From Thermoplasmatota archaeon (lineage in GTDB: Archaea; Thermoplasmatota; Thermoplasmata; Thermoplasmatales; ARK-15): a stretch of DNA of 64,000 nucleotides. A program made the position numbers and the translations under genes. Positions 1-9,351 of the stretch are shown piece by piece. The stretch is taken from assembly GCA_031961865.1 (NCBI GenBank), contig JAVRLB010000001.1:11719-75718 (forward strand), given 5' to 3'. Each line of letters opens with the position of its first letter. Within the stretch, counting starts at the first letter, position 1. The notes under the pieces were generated by a model. The model saw only the letters and a list, made by a program, of their open reading frames with translations, searched no databases and was not told where the DNA came from.

Positions 1-79
1 TAAAACAGGTAAGTCGCTCTTGCTACCTAAAATTATTTCAATATCCATAAATAGGAAAAAAAGAAACAGTAAATAAATA

Positions 80-379
80 TTATGTTTTCATGATTACTGC
101 TAAAAATATCAAAAACCCAATAACTACCCCAATGATAGCAGCTCCAGCATAAAATAACGTTGGATATATTATCTGCCCAGTCATAAAGCCAACCTCATGC
201 TGAATGCTGTATTTATATACTATATATATTATTCCAATTATCAGACCTACAACTAATAGTATAGATCCTGCAATTCTGCTCTTTCCACTACCAAAATAGG
301 CTGTAAAAATTCCCAATATAAATAATGTAAGAGCGAACAAAGATATGATAACTCCAATAAACGAATCTAAAGTTAACAT
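80..379 (-). CDS. small integral membrane protein, unknown function
   Basis: 99-aa ORF made almost entirely of hydrophobic helices (LFALTLFILGIFTAYF, ILLVVGLIIGIIYIV, AAIIGVVIGFLIFLAVI). No family motif recognised. Confidence 0.4.
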   Translation of the reverse strand: MLTLDSFIGVIISLFALTLFILGIFTAYFGSGKSRIAGSILLVVGLIIGIIYIVYKYSIQHEVGFMTGQIIYPTLFYAGAAIIGVVIGFLIFLAVIMKT

Positions 380-399
380 TTTTTTGCACCGTCCTAGTT

Positions 400-642
400 T
401 TAGAATTTAATACCTGTTAATGTCTTTGTATCTATAACGCCAGAAATGTTTCTTATCTGGTCCACGACTATTTTTCCTAATTCATTGAAATCTTTAGCAT
501 CTATTTTAGCGATTAAGTCATACTCCCCGAACAATGGATGCAATTCTACAATTTCTTTAATGTTTTTTAATGCATTATATACATCATGCTCTTTTCCCGG
601 CGCAGTACTGATTAACACAAAGCCTACAGCCATTAAAATCAC
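400..642 (-). CDS. stand-alone Lrp/AsnC-type ligand-binding (RAM) domain protein
   Basis: 80 aa with the pattern of the AsnC C-terminal domain: VLISTAPGKEHDVYNALKNIKEIVELHPLFGEYDLIAKIDAKD...ISGVIDTKTLTGI. No HTH is attached. Confidence 0.6.
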   Translation of the reverse strand: MILMAVGFVLISTAPGKEHDVYNALKNIKEIVELHPLFGEYDLIAKIDAKDFNELGKIVVDQIRNISGVIDTKTLTGIKF

Positions 643-709
643 CTATTAAATGTAATATCTATCCATATTATAAAACTTTCTAAATAGGAGCGGGTACAAT
701 CAAGAAATA

Positions 710-854
710 GAAACTGTCAATTCTTAGTTGAAAATTTTACTTACTCTTTGAGAGGATAGAATCTAAGATTACGGTACCGTCGTCATTTTCATTTTTAAGG
801 TGAAGGTAAAAACACAGATATATCTTTGTATATAAACGAAAAGTTGACAATTTC
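710..854 (-). repeat. MITE-like dispersed repeat, copy A (inverted relative to copies B and C)
   Basis: By manual alignment, the reverse complement of 710-840 is roughly 90% identical to 28003-28132. Terminal inverted repeat GAAACTGTCAA (710-720) / TTGACAATTTC (844-854), 10 of 11 complementary. Confidence 0.7.
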
Positions 855-880
855 AAAAATAAAAAAATTTAATAAATACT
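844..880 (+). promoter_or_regulatory. putative promoter module (TTGACAATTTCAAAAA plus A/T-rich TATA-like AAAAATTTAATAAA) upstream of the 906 ATG
   Basis: Near-identical to the module at 28122-28157 upstream of alaX. The TATA-like box lies about 30 nt before the ATG, as expected for a short or absent leader in archaea. Confidence 0.3.
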
Positions 881-905
881 AAAGCTTATGCGAGATGAGT
901 GAAAT

Positions 906-1820
906 ATGAGTGCATATAATGAATTTGTATCAAGTTTATCGGATAAAAGAAAGAATATAGATAATAATATAGATAGATACATTAGAAATAGATACAGTGA
1001 TGAAATATTTGATTTAATAAAATATATTACTAGTCATGGAAAAAGACTACGTGGTTTGCTTTTAACAATTGCGAGCGAAGCATACAACGGAAACAATATA
1101 AAAACTGAAAATCTGGCGGTTAGTGCAGAGCTAGGACATTCAGCCAGTTTAGTCCACGACGACATTATGGATCGCACAAGAGAAAGAAGAGGCACCGAAT
1201 CGTTCTGGGTTAAATATGGCCTTGAAAGGGGTATAATATTACCGCATATTCTTATTTCCGAATCTTTAAATATAGCAAGAAATGAAGGAGAAGAATTTGT
1301 AAGAATTGGTATTTCAACATGGCAAAGAGCCTCTTATGGTCAATATCTTGATTTTATTGCAGAAGAAGAAAAGAATCATGATAAACTCGATTATTTAAAC
1401 GTAATTGATTTAAAGAGCGGGTCCTTATTTGAAGGCGCGGTTGAAACAAGCGCTTACATAGTAAAAGGATCCAAGCAGTTTATAGAAGAAGCCAAGAATT
1501 TTGGGAAGTTGTTAGGAATATCTTATCAGATAAGCGATGATTTCATCGGCGCTATTTTGAGTGAAGAGGGTGGCGGAAGCAACAAGCTTTTTAAATATTA
1601 TATGCTTAAAAAGGGAATAGACATCTCAAATAAAGACAAAACATTTAATTTTGTTTTAGACTGGATAAAAAGAGAATTTAATCAGCTCAATAAGAATAAA
1701 GAGTTTTATCTTACTGATACCTTAAGATTTTTTTTGGTATATTCAATTGTGGAGATATTCAGAGAAACTAATGAATACGTATCACAGGTTAAAGAAACAC
1801 TAGAAAATATTTTAATCTGA
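906..1820 (+). CDS. polyprenyl (geranylgeranyl/farnesylgeranyl) diphosphate synthase family protein
   Basis: First Asp-rich motif LVHDDIMDRTRERRG is present. The second motif region YQISDDFIG is degenerate: the last Asp of DDxxD is Gly. Confidence 0.8.
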   Translation: MSAYNEFVSSLSDKRKNIDNNIDRYIRNRYSDEIFDLIKYITSHGKRLRGLLLTIASEAYNGNNIKTENLAVSAELGHSASLVHDDIMDRTRERRGTESFWVKYGLERGIILPHILISESLNIARNEGEEFVRIGISTWQRASYGQYLDFIAEEEKNHDKLDYLNVIDLKSGSLFEGAVETSAYIVKGSKQFIEEAKNFGKLLGISYQISDDFIGAILSEEGGGSNKLFKYYMLKKGIDISNKDKTFNFVLDWIKREFNQLNKNKEFYLTDTLRFFLVYSIVEIFRETNEYVSQVKETLENILI

Positions 1821-2057
1821 ATTATTCACTTTTTTGTTCTTTAAAGCTTCATCTTCCAGAAGAAGTTCTCCAATCAGATCTTTTATTTTCCATTCGATAG
1901 ACACGGGGGTAGTTACTGCAACAATAGTTTTTTTCAAAGACTCATTATTTTTTAAGACATCGAATATGATATTGATCTCTTTATTTGAAAAGCCATGCAG
2001 AATCATCACCTTTCTTTCTCCAGTAGCAGTATCAGAATCATCTAGTTTTTTAAACAT
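1812..2057 (-). CDS. small conserved protein, DUF3783-like
   Basis: Core MILHGFSNKEINIIFDVLKN...IVAVTTPVSIEWKIKDLIGELLLEDEALK resembles my memory of DUF3783. Start placed at the internal Met (MFKKLDD). The longest ORF extends to 2135. Confidence 0.4.
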   Translation of the reverse strand: MFKKLDDSDTATGERKVMILHGFSNKEINIIFDVLKNNESLKKTIVAVTTPVSIEWKIKDLIGELLLEDEALKNKKVNNSD

Positions 2058-2386
2058 AAATATTGGTAAAAAGATCAGTTTATATAATTTTTTGCAATTA
2101 CAGACGTTGCCTGAAAATTTAGTAACCAGGCACACACGTTTTACTTTTTCTGAAAGTTAAAAAAATACCTATAACTGAAAATGCAAGAAGAATGGAATGA
2201 AGAAGAAGAGGATGATAGCATTGATAGAGGAACGAAGATGATCCTTGATGGCTCACTTTATGGTTCTCTATATAGTGAAAGTATGCTGGAAGTGGCATAC
2301 TAATCCCGGAATATTACAAAAAGTGAAAATTATAGTTCGGTCTGATGGTTTATTACCGTCATAGAGAGAAACGATCCTTTCAACTC

Positions 2387-2512
2387 TTCGTTGATAGCCA
2401 AGGATATATCTGTATTTTTTACATTTGCCTTAGAAATGAAAATGACAACTGTACCGTAATCTGTGTTCCTGCCATCCAAAGATTAAGTAAAATTTTCAAC
2501 TAAGAGTTGACA
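2387..2512 (+). repeat. MITE-like dispersed repeat, copy B
   Basis: Roughly 85-90% identical by manual alignment to 28003-28127. Ends in GTTGACA 27 nt before the NAC ATG. Confidence 0.65.
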
Positions 2513-2538
2513 CCCTCTGAGAAACACAAAATTAAAAA

Positions 2539-2910
2539 ATGGGATTGGAATATAGTATAATTATGATGCACGTAAATGAAAGGCAAATGAAACAGATGAT
2601 GAAAAAGATGGGAATGCAAACTAAAGATATAGAGGCTGAAGAAGTATATATCAAAGGTATTTCCAAAGATTATAAGATCTCAAATCCTAAAATTACAGTT
2701 GTAGAGGTGCAAGGGCAGAAAGTACTGCAGATAATCGGAGATATGAAAGAAATAGATAAAGAAAAACCAGTTTACAATGAAGAAGATCTGAATATTGTAA
2801 TCTCACAAACAAATGTATCCAAAGAAGAGGCTATTGAAGCGTTGAAATCAACTAATGGATCGCCGGCAGAAGCGATAATATACATAATGAATAAACATGG
2901 ATCTAATTGA
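2539..2910 (+). CDS. nac: nascent polypeptide-associated complex protein (archaeal NAC)
   Basis: N-terminal NERQMKQMMKKMGM, NAC beta-barrel region (ITVVEVQGQKVLQIIGD) and a C-terminal UBA-like tail (VSKEEAIEALKSTNGSPAEAIIYIM). The true start may be the MMH at 2563. Confidence 0.85.
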   Translation: MGLEYSIIMMHVNERQMKQMMKKMGMQTKDIEAEEVYIKGISKDYKISNPKITVVEVQGQKVLQIIGDMKEIDKEKPVYNEEDLNIVISQTNVSKEEAIEALKSTNGSPAEAIIYIMNKHGSN

Positions 2911-4252
2911 AGAAGTTTTGAAAAAGATAGTACCTTCGTCACAGCAAAGAAATAAAATTGAAAGAATTGTTGCAGAGACTAAGTCTAAAATAATTTTACA
3001 AATAAAAAAATTGAATTTAAATGCAGATGTGGTGTTGGTTGGGAGCATTGCGAAAGACACTTATATAAACAATACAGATATTGATTTTTTTGTTAGATTT
3101 TCAAAAGAATATGAAGAGTTGTTATTAAAAAAATACATAATAGATATAGGTTCTTCTATCTTTAAGAACTATGAACTTAAATATGCACAGCACCCATACG
3201 TTAGTGGAAAAATAGAAGAGATTGATGTGGAGTTAGTTCCCTGTTATAGGATCGATAACCCAGCCCAGAAAATAAGTACGGTAGATCGTACTCCATTCCA
3301 CACTGAATTTATACTTAGCAATTTAAAAGATTCACAAAAAAACGAGGTTCGTCTACTAAAAGCATTTTTAAAAGGCATTGACATATATGGTGCAGAGGCA
3401 AAAATAGAGGGATTTTCAGGGTATCTTACCGAACTATTAATTTTAAAATACGGAACATTTATCAATTTATTAAAAGAAAGCACTAACTGGTTAGAATATA
3501 CAGTATTAGAATATAATAGAGAGATAGATGAAGAATATAAAAGAGAGCTGATCAAGAAATTTAACAGCCCATTAATCTATATAGATCCAGTGGATAATAA
3601 TAGAAATGTAGCTGCAGCATTATCCAGACACAATTATTCTATGTTTAAATTTGCGGCTATGAGTTTTTTGAAAACTCCTAGTTTATCATTTTTTTTCAGG
3701 AAAGAAAGAAAGATGAGCTATACAGAGATAAAAAAGAAAATCAAGGCCCGTGGCTCAAAAATCAAAATTTTAAAAATGCCAAGACCCGATCTGGTAGATG
3801 ACATATTGTATCCTCAAATATACAGACTCAAGAAAATTATAGAAACCAATTTACAAGATTTTGGCATTATAAATATCTTTCACAGTGTTTCAGAGCAGAA
3901 TATTTTCATAATTATTGAATCAAGCGTTGATAAAATTCCAAAAGTCATAAAGCATGAAGGTCCTCCACTATGGAGCAAAAATATAGCAGATTTTATAGAA
4001 AAATGGAAAGATAATGAAAATGTTTTGAAAGGGCCATTTATAGAAAACAACCGTTTATATATTGATCTCAGAAATGACCAATATTTGTTAGCTGAAAAAT
4101 TAAAATATGAACTAGAGCAGTCAAACATAGGCAAAAATTTAGATTATCTAAAACACAAAGCTGAGATATACAATCTTAATGAGGGAATTAGAATGATCTC
4201 AATTTCTGATTTGTATACTATGTTTGACTATAAGTTTCCATGGGAATATTGA
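2897..4252 (+). CDS. cca: CCA-adding enzyme (archaeal class I tRNA nucleotidyltransferase)
   Basis: 451 aa. Nucleotidyltransferase motif VLVGSIAKDTYINNTDIDFFV, followed by DRTPFHTEF and RLLKAFLKGIDIYGAE, both typical of archaeal CCA enzymes. Confidence 0.9.
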   Translation: MDLIEEVLKKIVPSSQQRNKIERIVAETKSKIILQIKKLNLNADVVLVGSIAKDTYINNTDIDFFVRFSKEYEELLLKKYIIDIGSSIFKNYELKYAQHPYVSGKIEEIDVELVPCYRIDNPAQKISTVDRTPFHTEFILSNLKDSQKNEVRLLKAFLKGIDIYGAEAKIEGFSGYLTELLILKYGTFINLLKESTNWLEYTVLEYNREIDEEYKRELIKKFNSPLIYIDPVDNNRNVAAALSRHNYSMFKFAAMSFLKTPSLSFFFRKERKMSYTEIKKKIKARGSKIKILKMPRPDLVDDILYPQIYRLKKIIETNLQDFGIINIFHSVSEQNIFIIIESSVDKIPKVIKHEGPPLWSKNIADFIEKWKDNENVLKGPFIENNRLYIDLRNDQYLLAEKLKYELEQSNIGKNLDYLKHKAEIYNLNEGIRMISISDLYTMFDYKFPWEY

Positions 4253-4416
4253 ATATATGCACATAAAAATTAGCAACCAGAATAATGAAAGATTAATTTG
4301 CCTTTTAAATACTCAGATTAACATATATTTATTTTCAATATCAAAAAAGGAAAAACTATATATCTTACTATAATTTCTCCTTTTAACACACCCTACCAAC
4401 TAGGGAGGGATTAAAT

Positions 4417-7400
4417 TTGAAGAATCCGAAAAATAAAATATTAGTGATAATAGTAATGTCAGTGTTACTAGCGAGTTCGTTCTTAGTGGCAGCAAATGCA
4501 ACTGCACAGCAACCCACAGAAGGATATATAAGTATAAGTATGATGTATAAAGATACGCAAACAGGCGGAGAAAATCTTTTAAGCAATATAGTGGTAAATT
4601 TGTTAGATTATAATGGGAATGTAATAGCTTCTGAGGTTTCTAATCCGACTGTAATATTCCATGTACCTTTGGGAAACTATATTATAGATGCACCTTCAAT
4701 ATGTTTAGGTAGCTATGTATATGAGGAGGTAAAACAACAAATAACTTTATCGTCAAGCAGTATCAATACTAATCTGACAATGTATAGAACTGCTTTAAAT
4801 AATACTCTGAGCCTAAATGTGTACTCAAACAATGCACCACTTAAAGGCGCTACAGTAAGTTATTATACTACCTATGGCTTAGAATTTTATTCTGGTGTTA
4901 CGAATGTCTCTACAGGTGAAATCACAACTAATGTGACTTATGGGACCGTAAATTTAAAGATATCATATGTAGAAGGCGGTAGTAATAACTATTACTATAC
5001 TTCTGTTTCAGTAACTTCTACTTCTGAATCGCAAACTATTAACGTTGGAAATTACAATCATATATTCGGTACAGTTTTTGATTCTAGCACTGGTTTACCA
5101 GTAAGCAGTACAATAAGAGCAACATTAATAAATCAGAGCAATGATCAACTCTGGCAAACTCTAATTTTCAATCAATATAATTCCAATGGCGGATCTTTTA
5201 ACTTCTACGTACCATCTTCGACAACATATACTGTAGTGTTGACTGCTGATGGTTATAATATAAACACATTTACATCCCAATCAGGATACCATTCAATTAC
5301 ATTGAACAAGGTTCAGAACAATATAATGGAAAGTTATACATTAAGTTCTGATTTTAAAAATTTGACATATACATATTCAATTCAATTAAACAATGAGTCT
5401 GTAATAAGCGGATTTAATTATAATAATATCGGAGTGCTTTATTACCAGCTTAAATATGGAGGATATAACAGTCAAGCAATCTCTCAATATTTCTATAACA
5501 GCATCGAAAAGTACACAAACAATATGATACTCGTAGACAACAACTTTTATCAACTTCAGGGAGTGAGCGTTCAACCATTTACCATAAATTATGCTGGATT
5601 TACAGTCACTGTGAGTGCAACATACACACAGCCTGCAATTAATGTCAGTTCTGCAATATCTCAGTATGGATATATCCCGGTAAATCTAAATATTACGAAT
5701 AGTAACAATGCTGGTGCCAGGTTGAACTACAGTTATTCAATAAACATACCATCTCAATACGAGAGAGTAAATTCAATAAGTGGTGCCAATATTTCTGGTT
5801 ATATAAATAATATTAACATTTACAATGTTTCAACTACTTCGACCATATTATTAAAACTTGAGAAAAGACAGGCTCCAGCTATAGTATTAAATTCTTACGC
5901 ATTCTCATTATACTGGAAAGGCATTCAGAATAATAATTATATATTGAATCAGAGCAGCACTAATTACACAATAATAGTACCTGCCAACAAACCGGTCTCA
6001 TATAATGCAACCAACGTAATCAGTGATATTATTTCTGGTGCAAACGCAAAGAACACAATCTATTACTGGCAGTTTGATAATGGGGCCATAGCAAGTGGAA
6101 CGGGCTTAGCGAATGAAACACAATCACTTACTCCTGGAATACACACTCTTACATTGAGCATTACTGATGTTGCATCCAATACCAATACAACAAATATAAC
6201 AATATATGCGGATGGTGCTTATCCTAATACATATTCTAATATAAAAATTAACAATAAAGTAATAATTAGTTGGACTGTTTCTAATGCAACTAATAAAGTT
6301 GCTTATATAGTTAATGGGCAGTCTGAAACAGCAACAGTTTCAGAGCAAAACGGAGTAAATCAAGCAATACTCTCTGAGATAAAGATCAATGAAACGCAAC
6401 TGTTTGAACTTAGTGCACTTTACACAAATGATACTATTAACGGGCAGATATTATCACATAAGCCGGTAACTGTAGTTTGGGACGTAAACAATACAAAGAT
6501 GTCCGGTAACTTTAATAATGCGTCAATAAACTATCCTACCAGAAATAAAGTAGACTGGATCAATGTCACATACACAGATATAGTAAATAACAGTGTAACT
6601 GTAAGCATACCTGTTAAAGTTATAGACATTATGAAGCCTAATCCAGTAATATTAATGTATAACCAGACAGGAGTGAAAGTTAGTAGCATCCCACAACATT
6701 CAGTCATAAAACTGGATGGCTTGAACTCTACAGATCCTCAGAACGGAGTAATTGTAAGTTACCTTTGGTCTATACACAGCTCAAATGGAACAGCTCTTGC
6801 TAGTGGCACAGCATATAATATTACCAATGGCACTATGACAAGCCCAGTAGTGTATTTAAATTTCTCTAAATATGGTTTATATTATGTATTATTGAATGTT
6901 TCAGATAGATCTGGGAATTACAATGTTTACAATGCAAGTCTACAGGTTACACCAATTGGTCCTGACTTGGTTTTAAATAACTTTAATTGGACTGGCACAT
7001 TTACATCAGGAACAACAAAGTATATTTACGTAAACGTCAGTAATACTGGCAATGCTCCTGCATCACAGTATAATATAATACTTTATGTTAATGGGAAAGT
7101 TTACTCTAATACTTCTTATACAGATCTTTTAAACGGGAAATCAGTTTTACTGAAAATAGCATGGACACCATCATCGCCAGGCAATGCCACATTAAAGGTT
7201 AGGGCATATACTCCTACAGAGCCAGCTATATACCTTGGAGACAATGTTTTGTCCAAGACAGTATCTGTAAACCAGGCAGGTTGGGTATTACCAGCAATAA
7301 TAATCGGCATAATCGTAATAATTGTGGTAGTAGCATTTGTAGCATTTAGATTAAGCAAGAGCAGAGTAGATCAGGCAAAGTTCAAGAAAAAAGGTGCCGT

Positions 7401-7461
7401 TGAAAAAGCTAAACCGAAAGAAGAAAAAAAGACAGGATCTTTTTTCAAAAAGAAAGAGTAA
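4417..7461 (+). CDS. large secreted/membrane-anchored surface glycoprotein (S-layer-like; PKD-like and CARDB-like modules)
   Basis: TTG start 8 nt after the strong SD-like GGGAGGG. Signal peptide KILVIIVMSVLLASSFLVAANATAQQ. Dozens of N-x-S/T sequons. PKD-like YYWQFDNG...HTLTLSITD. CARDB-like PDLVLNNFNW...YIYVNVSNTGNAPA. C-terminal TM helix LPAIIIGIIVIIVVVAFVAF plus a Lys-rich tail. Confidence 0.7.
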   Translation: MKNPKNKILVIIVMSVLLASSFLVAANATAQQPTEGYISISMMYKDTQTGGENLLSNIVVNLLDYNGNVIASEVSNPTVIFHVPLGNYIIDAPSICLGSYVYEEVKQQITLSSSSINTNLTMYRTALNNTLSLNVYSNNAPLKGATVSYYTTYGLEFYSGVTNVSTGEITTNVTYGTVNLKISYVEGGSNNYYYTSVSVTSTSESQTINVGNYNHIFGTVFDSSTGLPVSSTIRATLINQSNDQLWQTLIFNQYNSNGGSFNFYVPSSTTYTVVLTADGYNINTFTSQSGYHSITLNKVQNNIMESYTLSSDFKNLTYTYSIQLNNESVISGFNYNNIGVLYYQLKYGGYNSQAISQYFYNSIEKYTNNMILVDNNFYQLQGVSVQPFTINYAGFTVTVSATYTQPAINVSSAISQYGYIPVNLNITNSNNAGARLNYSYSINIPSQYERVNSISGANISGYINNINIYNVSTTSTILLKLEKRQAPAIVLNSYAFSLYWKGIQNNNYILNQSSTNYTIIVPANKPVSYNATNVISDIISGANAKNTIYYWQFDNGAIASGTGLANETQSLTPGIHTLTLSITDVASNTNTTNITIYADGAYPNTYSNIKINNKVIISWTVSNATNKVAYIVNGQSETATVSEQNGVNQAILSEIKINETQLFELSALYTNDTINGQILSHKPVTVVWDVNNTKMSGNFNNASINYPTRNKVDWINVTYTDIVNNSVTVSIPVKVIDIMKPNPVILMYNQTGVKVSSIPQHSVIKLDGLNSTDPQNGVIVSYLWSIHSSNGTALASGTAYNITNGTMTSPVVYLNFSKYGLYYVLLNVSDRSGNYNVYNASLQVTPIGPDLVLNNFNWTGTFTSGTTKYIYVNVSNTGNAPASQYNIILYVNGKVYSNTSYTDLLNGKSVLLKIAWTPSSPGNATLKVRAYTPTEPAIYLGDNVLSKTVSVNQAGWVLPAIIIGIIVIIVVVAFVAFRLSKSRVDQAKFKKKGAVEKAKPKEEKKTGSFFKKKE

Positions 7462-7472
7462 AACTCTTTCAA

Positions 7473-7502
7473 TTTTTTAATTTTTTTAAAAACTATTTTT
7501 TT
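7473..7502 (+). terminator. oligo-T tract cluster (archaeal intrinsic termination signal)
   Basis: Three T6-T7 runs (7473-7478, 7481-7487, 7496-7502) directly after the surface-protein stop, between convergent genes. Confidence 0.35.
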
Positions 7503-7510
7503 ATTAAATA

Positions 7511-8344
7511 TCATAGAGAGCAGCAGTAATTATGTTTTACAATATTATATCCAAGTGATAATGCATATTTTTCTGTGTTTTTAGAAGGAATAACTATTCC
7601 ATTAAACCCATTATCTATTGCGGCAGTTTCTATTTCAGTCATATATCTTGGTCTCATGCAGCCTAGAACATGTTCTTTATTTATATTATCTTTTGAATAT
7701 TTAAATATATCTTTTATATCTTCTATTTTGGGAGGTGTAATATGTTCCATAGCAGTATGCTTGGTTGGTATCAGAACAATAAATATTATCTTTTTAAAAT
7801 TATCCAGCGTTTTCAGAAAATCAATCGCTCTATATTCTCCATCTATTTTACCCCAATCTATGCCTATAACAATGTGTGGAGTATAATTTATATCAGTTTT
7901 GTCCAGTAATTTTAAGCTTTTAGCATAGTCTTCCACGGTCTTATTAATTCCAAATACATTTTTTATAGTATTGTCAGAACCAACCATATCAAAAGAAACA
8001 TTATCAACTTCCATTTCTTTAAGCATTAATATGTCTTCAGGATCAAGCAATCCAGTATGCACATTAACCATTAGATTAAAATCATGTTTAATCTTTTTTA
8101 TCACATCTTTAAATTTATAAATTGGCAATTTTCCTGTAATGTCAGATCCTCCACTAAGTAAAAAACCAGTGCCGCCAGAGTCTGCTAATTTTTTTGCGGA
8201 ACGGTAAAGAGAATCCTCGGTTGTGGTAGCTAACATAGTCTCTAAATAATAATGATTACAATGCTTGCAGTTAAGAGCACAGGCATTTCCGGTGACTGAA
8301 AACGAAGGAAAATATTTTCCCAGGTAATAAAAATCCAAGATCAC
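7511..8344 (-). CDS. radical SAM protein (BioB/LipA-like small family)
   Basis: CxxxCxxC cluster motif CALNCKHCNHYY near the N-terminus. GGTGFLLSGG glycine-rich SAM motif. About 277 aa, TIM-barrel sized. Confidence 0.7.
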   Translation of the reverse strand: MILDFYYLGKYFPSFSVTGNACALNCKHCNHYYLETMLATTTEDSLYRSAKKLADSGGTGFLLSGGSDITGKLPIYKFKDVIKKIKHDFNLMVNVHTGLLDPEDILMLKEMEVDNVSFDMVGSDNTIKNVFGINKTVEDYAKSLKLLDKTDINYTPHIVIGIDWGKIDGEYRAIDFLKTLDNFKKIIFIVLIPTKHTAMEHITPPKIEDIKDIFKYSKDNINKEHVLGCMRPRYMTEIETAAIDNGFNGIVIPSKNTEKYALSLGYNIVKHNYCCSL

Positions 8345-8501
8345 AAAAACTCAACAAATTATATGACTATATAAAATTTTGGTGGGTTGGCCAAACTATT
8401 TATATCTATTCAAAAGATCGGTAAAAAAGATACATCTACGAAATACTTATATAAGAACAAAGAATATGGGATTGGATAAAAAGTACTATGGTGACATTAA
8501 A

Positions 8502-9212
8502 ATGATTAATGGAGATATTGTTAAGTTCGATTATGAGCTTTGGATTGTGGAAAACGATAAGAAAACACTGTTTGAAACTACACTAGAAGAGGTAGCTAAA
8601 GCTAATGGAATTTACGATCCTAACGTAAAATACAAGCCGATGGTAACTTTTATAGGCAAAAAAATGCTAATTCAAGCCTTTGAAGAAAGTCTTATTAATG
8701 CTGAAGTAGGAAAAGAAGTAGAGCTTACAATCGAGCCTGAAAAGGCATACGGTGTCAGAAATAATAAATTAGTAAAAGTTCACTCATTCAGAGATTTTCA
8801 AAAGGAAAATGTCGAGCCAGAGGTTGGCAAATTTGTAACATTGAACAAGAAAACAGGTAAAGTTTTGAGAGTTACACCAGGAAGAGTAATTGTAGATTAT
8901 AATCATCAACTTGCCGGTAAAACGCTTTTTTATAAGTATATTGTAAGAGAAATTGTGACAGATTTAAAAGACCAGATAAGCAGCATAATCGAGATAAGAT
9001 ATGGTATAGATGTGGATAAATTTGGAATAACAATCAGCGATGACATACAGATAAACTTAGCTGAGAGTGCAAAATATAAGCTAGAATGGGCAACTTCTAA
9101 ATTTGTTATTGTAGGGGATATCAGAGAGAAAACGGACAAAGCCATAAAGTTTATTGAAACATATATCCCAGAGAAAAAGGCGGAAGAAAAAGCAGTAGAA
9201 GAGAAGAAATAA
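8502..9212 (+). CDS. FKBP-type peptidyl-prolyl cis-trans isomerase (long archaeal SlyD-like type)
   Basis: MINGDIVKFDYELW...FEESLINAEVGKEVELTIEPEKAYG...VDYNHQLAGKTLFYKYIV matches the FKBP/IF-domain pattern. ATG at 8502 is preceded by GGTGA. The longest ORF (TTG at 8379) is rejected as the start. Confidence 0.8.
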   Translation: MINGDIVKFDYELWIVENDKKTLFETTLEEVAKANGIYDPNVKYKPMVTFIGKKMLIQAFEESLINAEVGKEVELTIEPEKAYGVRNNKLVKVHSFRDFQKENVEPEVGKFVTLNKKTGKVLRVTPGRVIVDYNHQLAGKTLFYKYIVREIVTDLKDQISSIIEIRYGIDVDKFGITISDDIQINLAESAKYKLEWATSKFVIVGDIREKTDKAIKFIETYIPEKKAEEKAVEEKK

Positions 9213-9351
9213 GATTCTCTCTTTTATCTTATTTATCTAATTGCAATATTACCCTTTAAATATTAACATAAATATGAGATCAAAACCATAAGATTTATAT
9301 TAATTAAGTCTTTATTGAATTTGACATTATAATTAATTAGGAGTAATTGTT

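Noticed and set aside
8379-8501. N-terminal 41 codons of the FKBP track ORF (TTG start)
   Set aside because: It is basic, low-complexity sequence. An ATG with a GGTGA SD at 8502 gives the canonical FKBP N-terminus.
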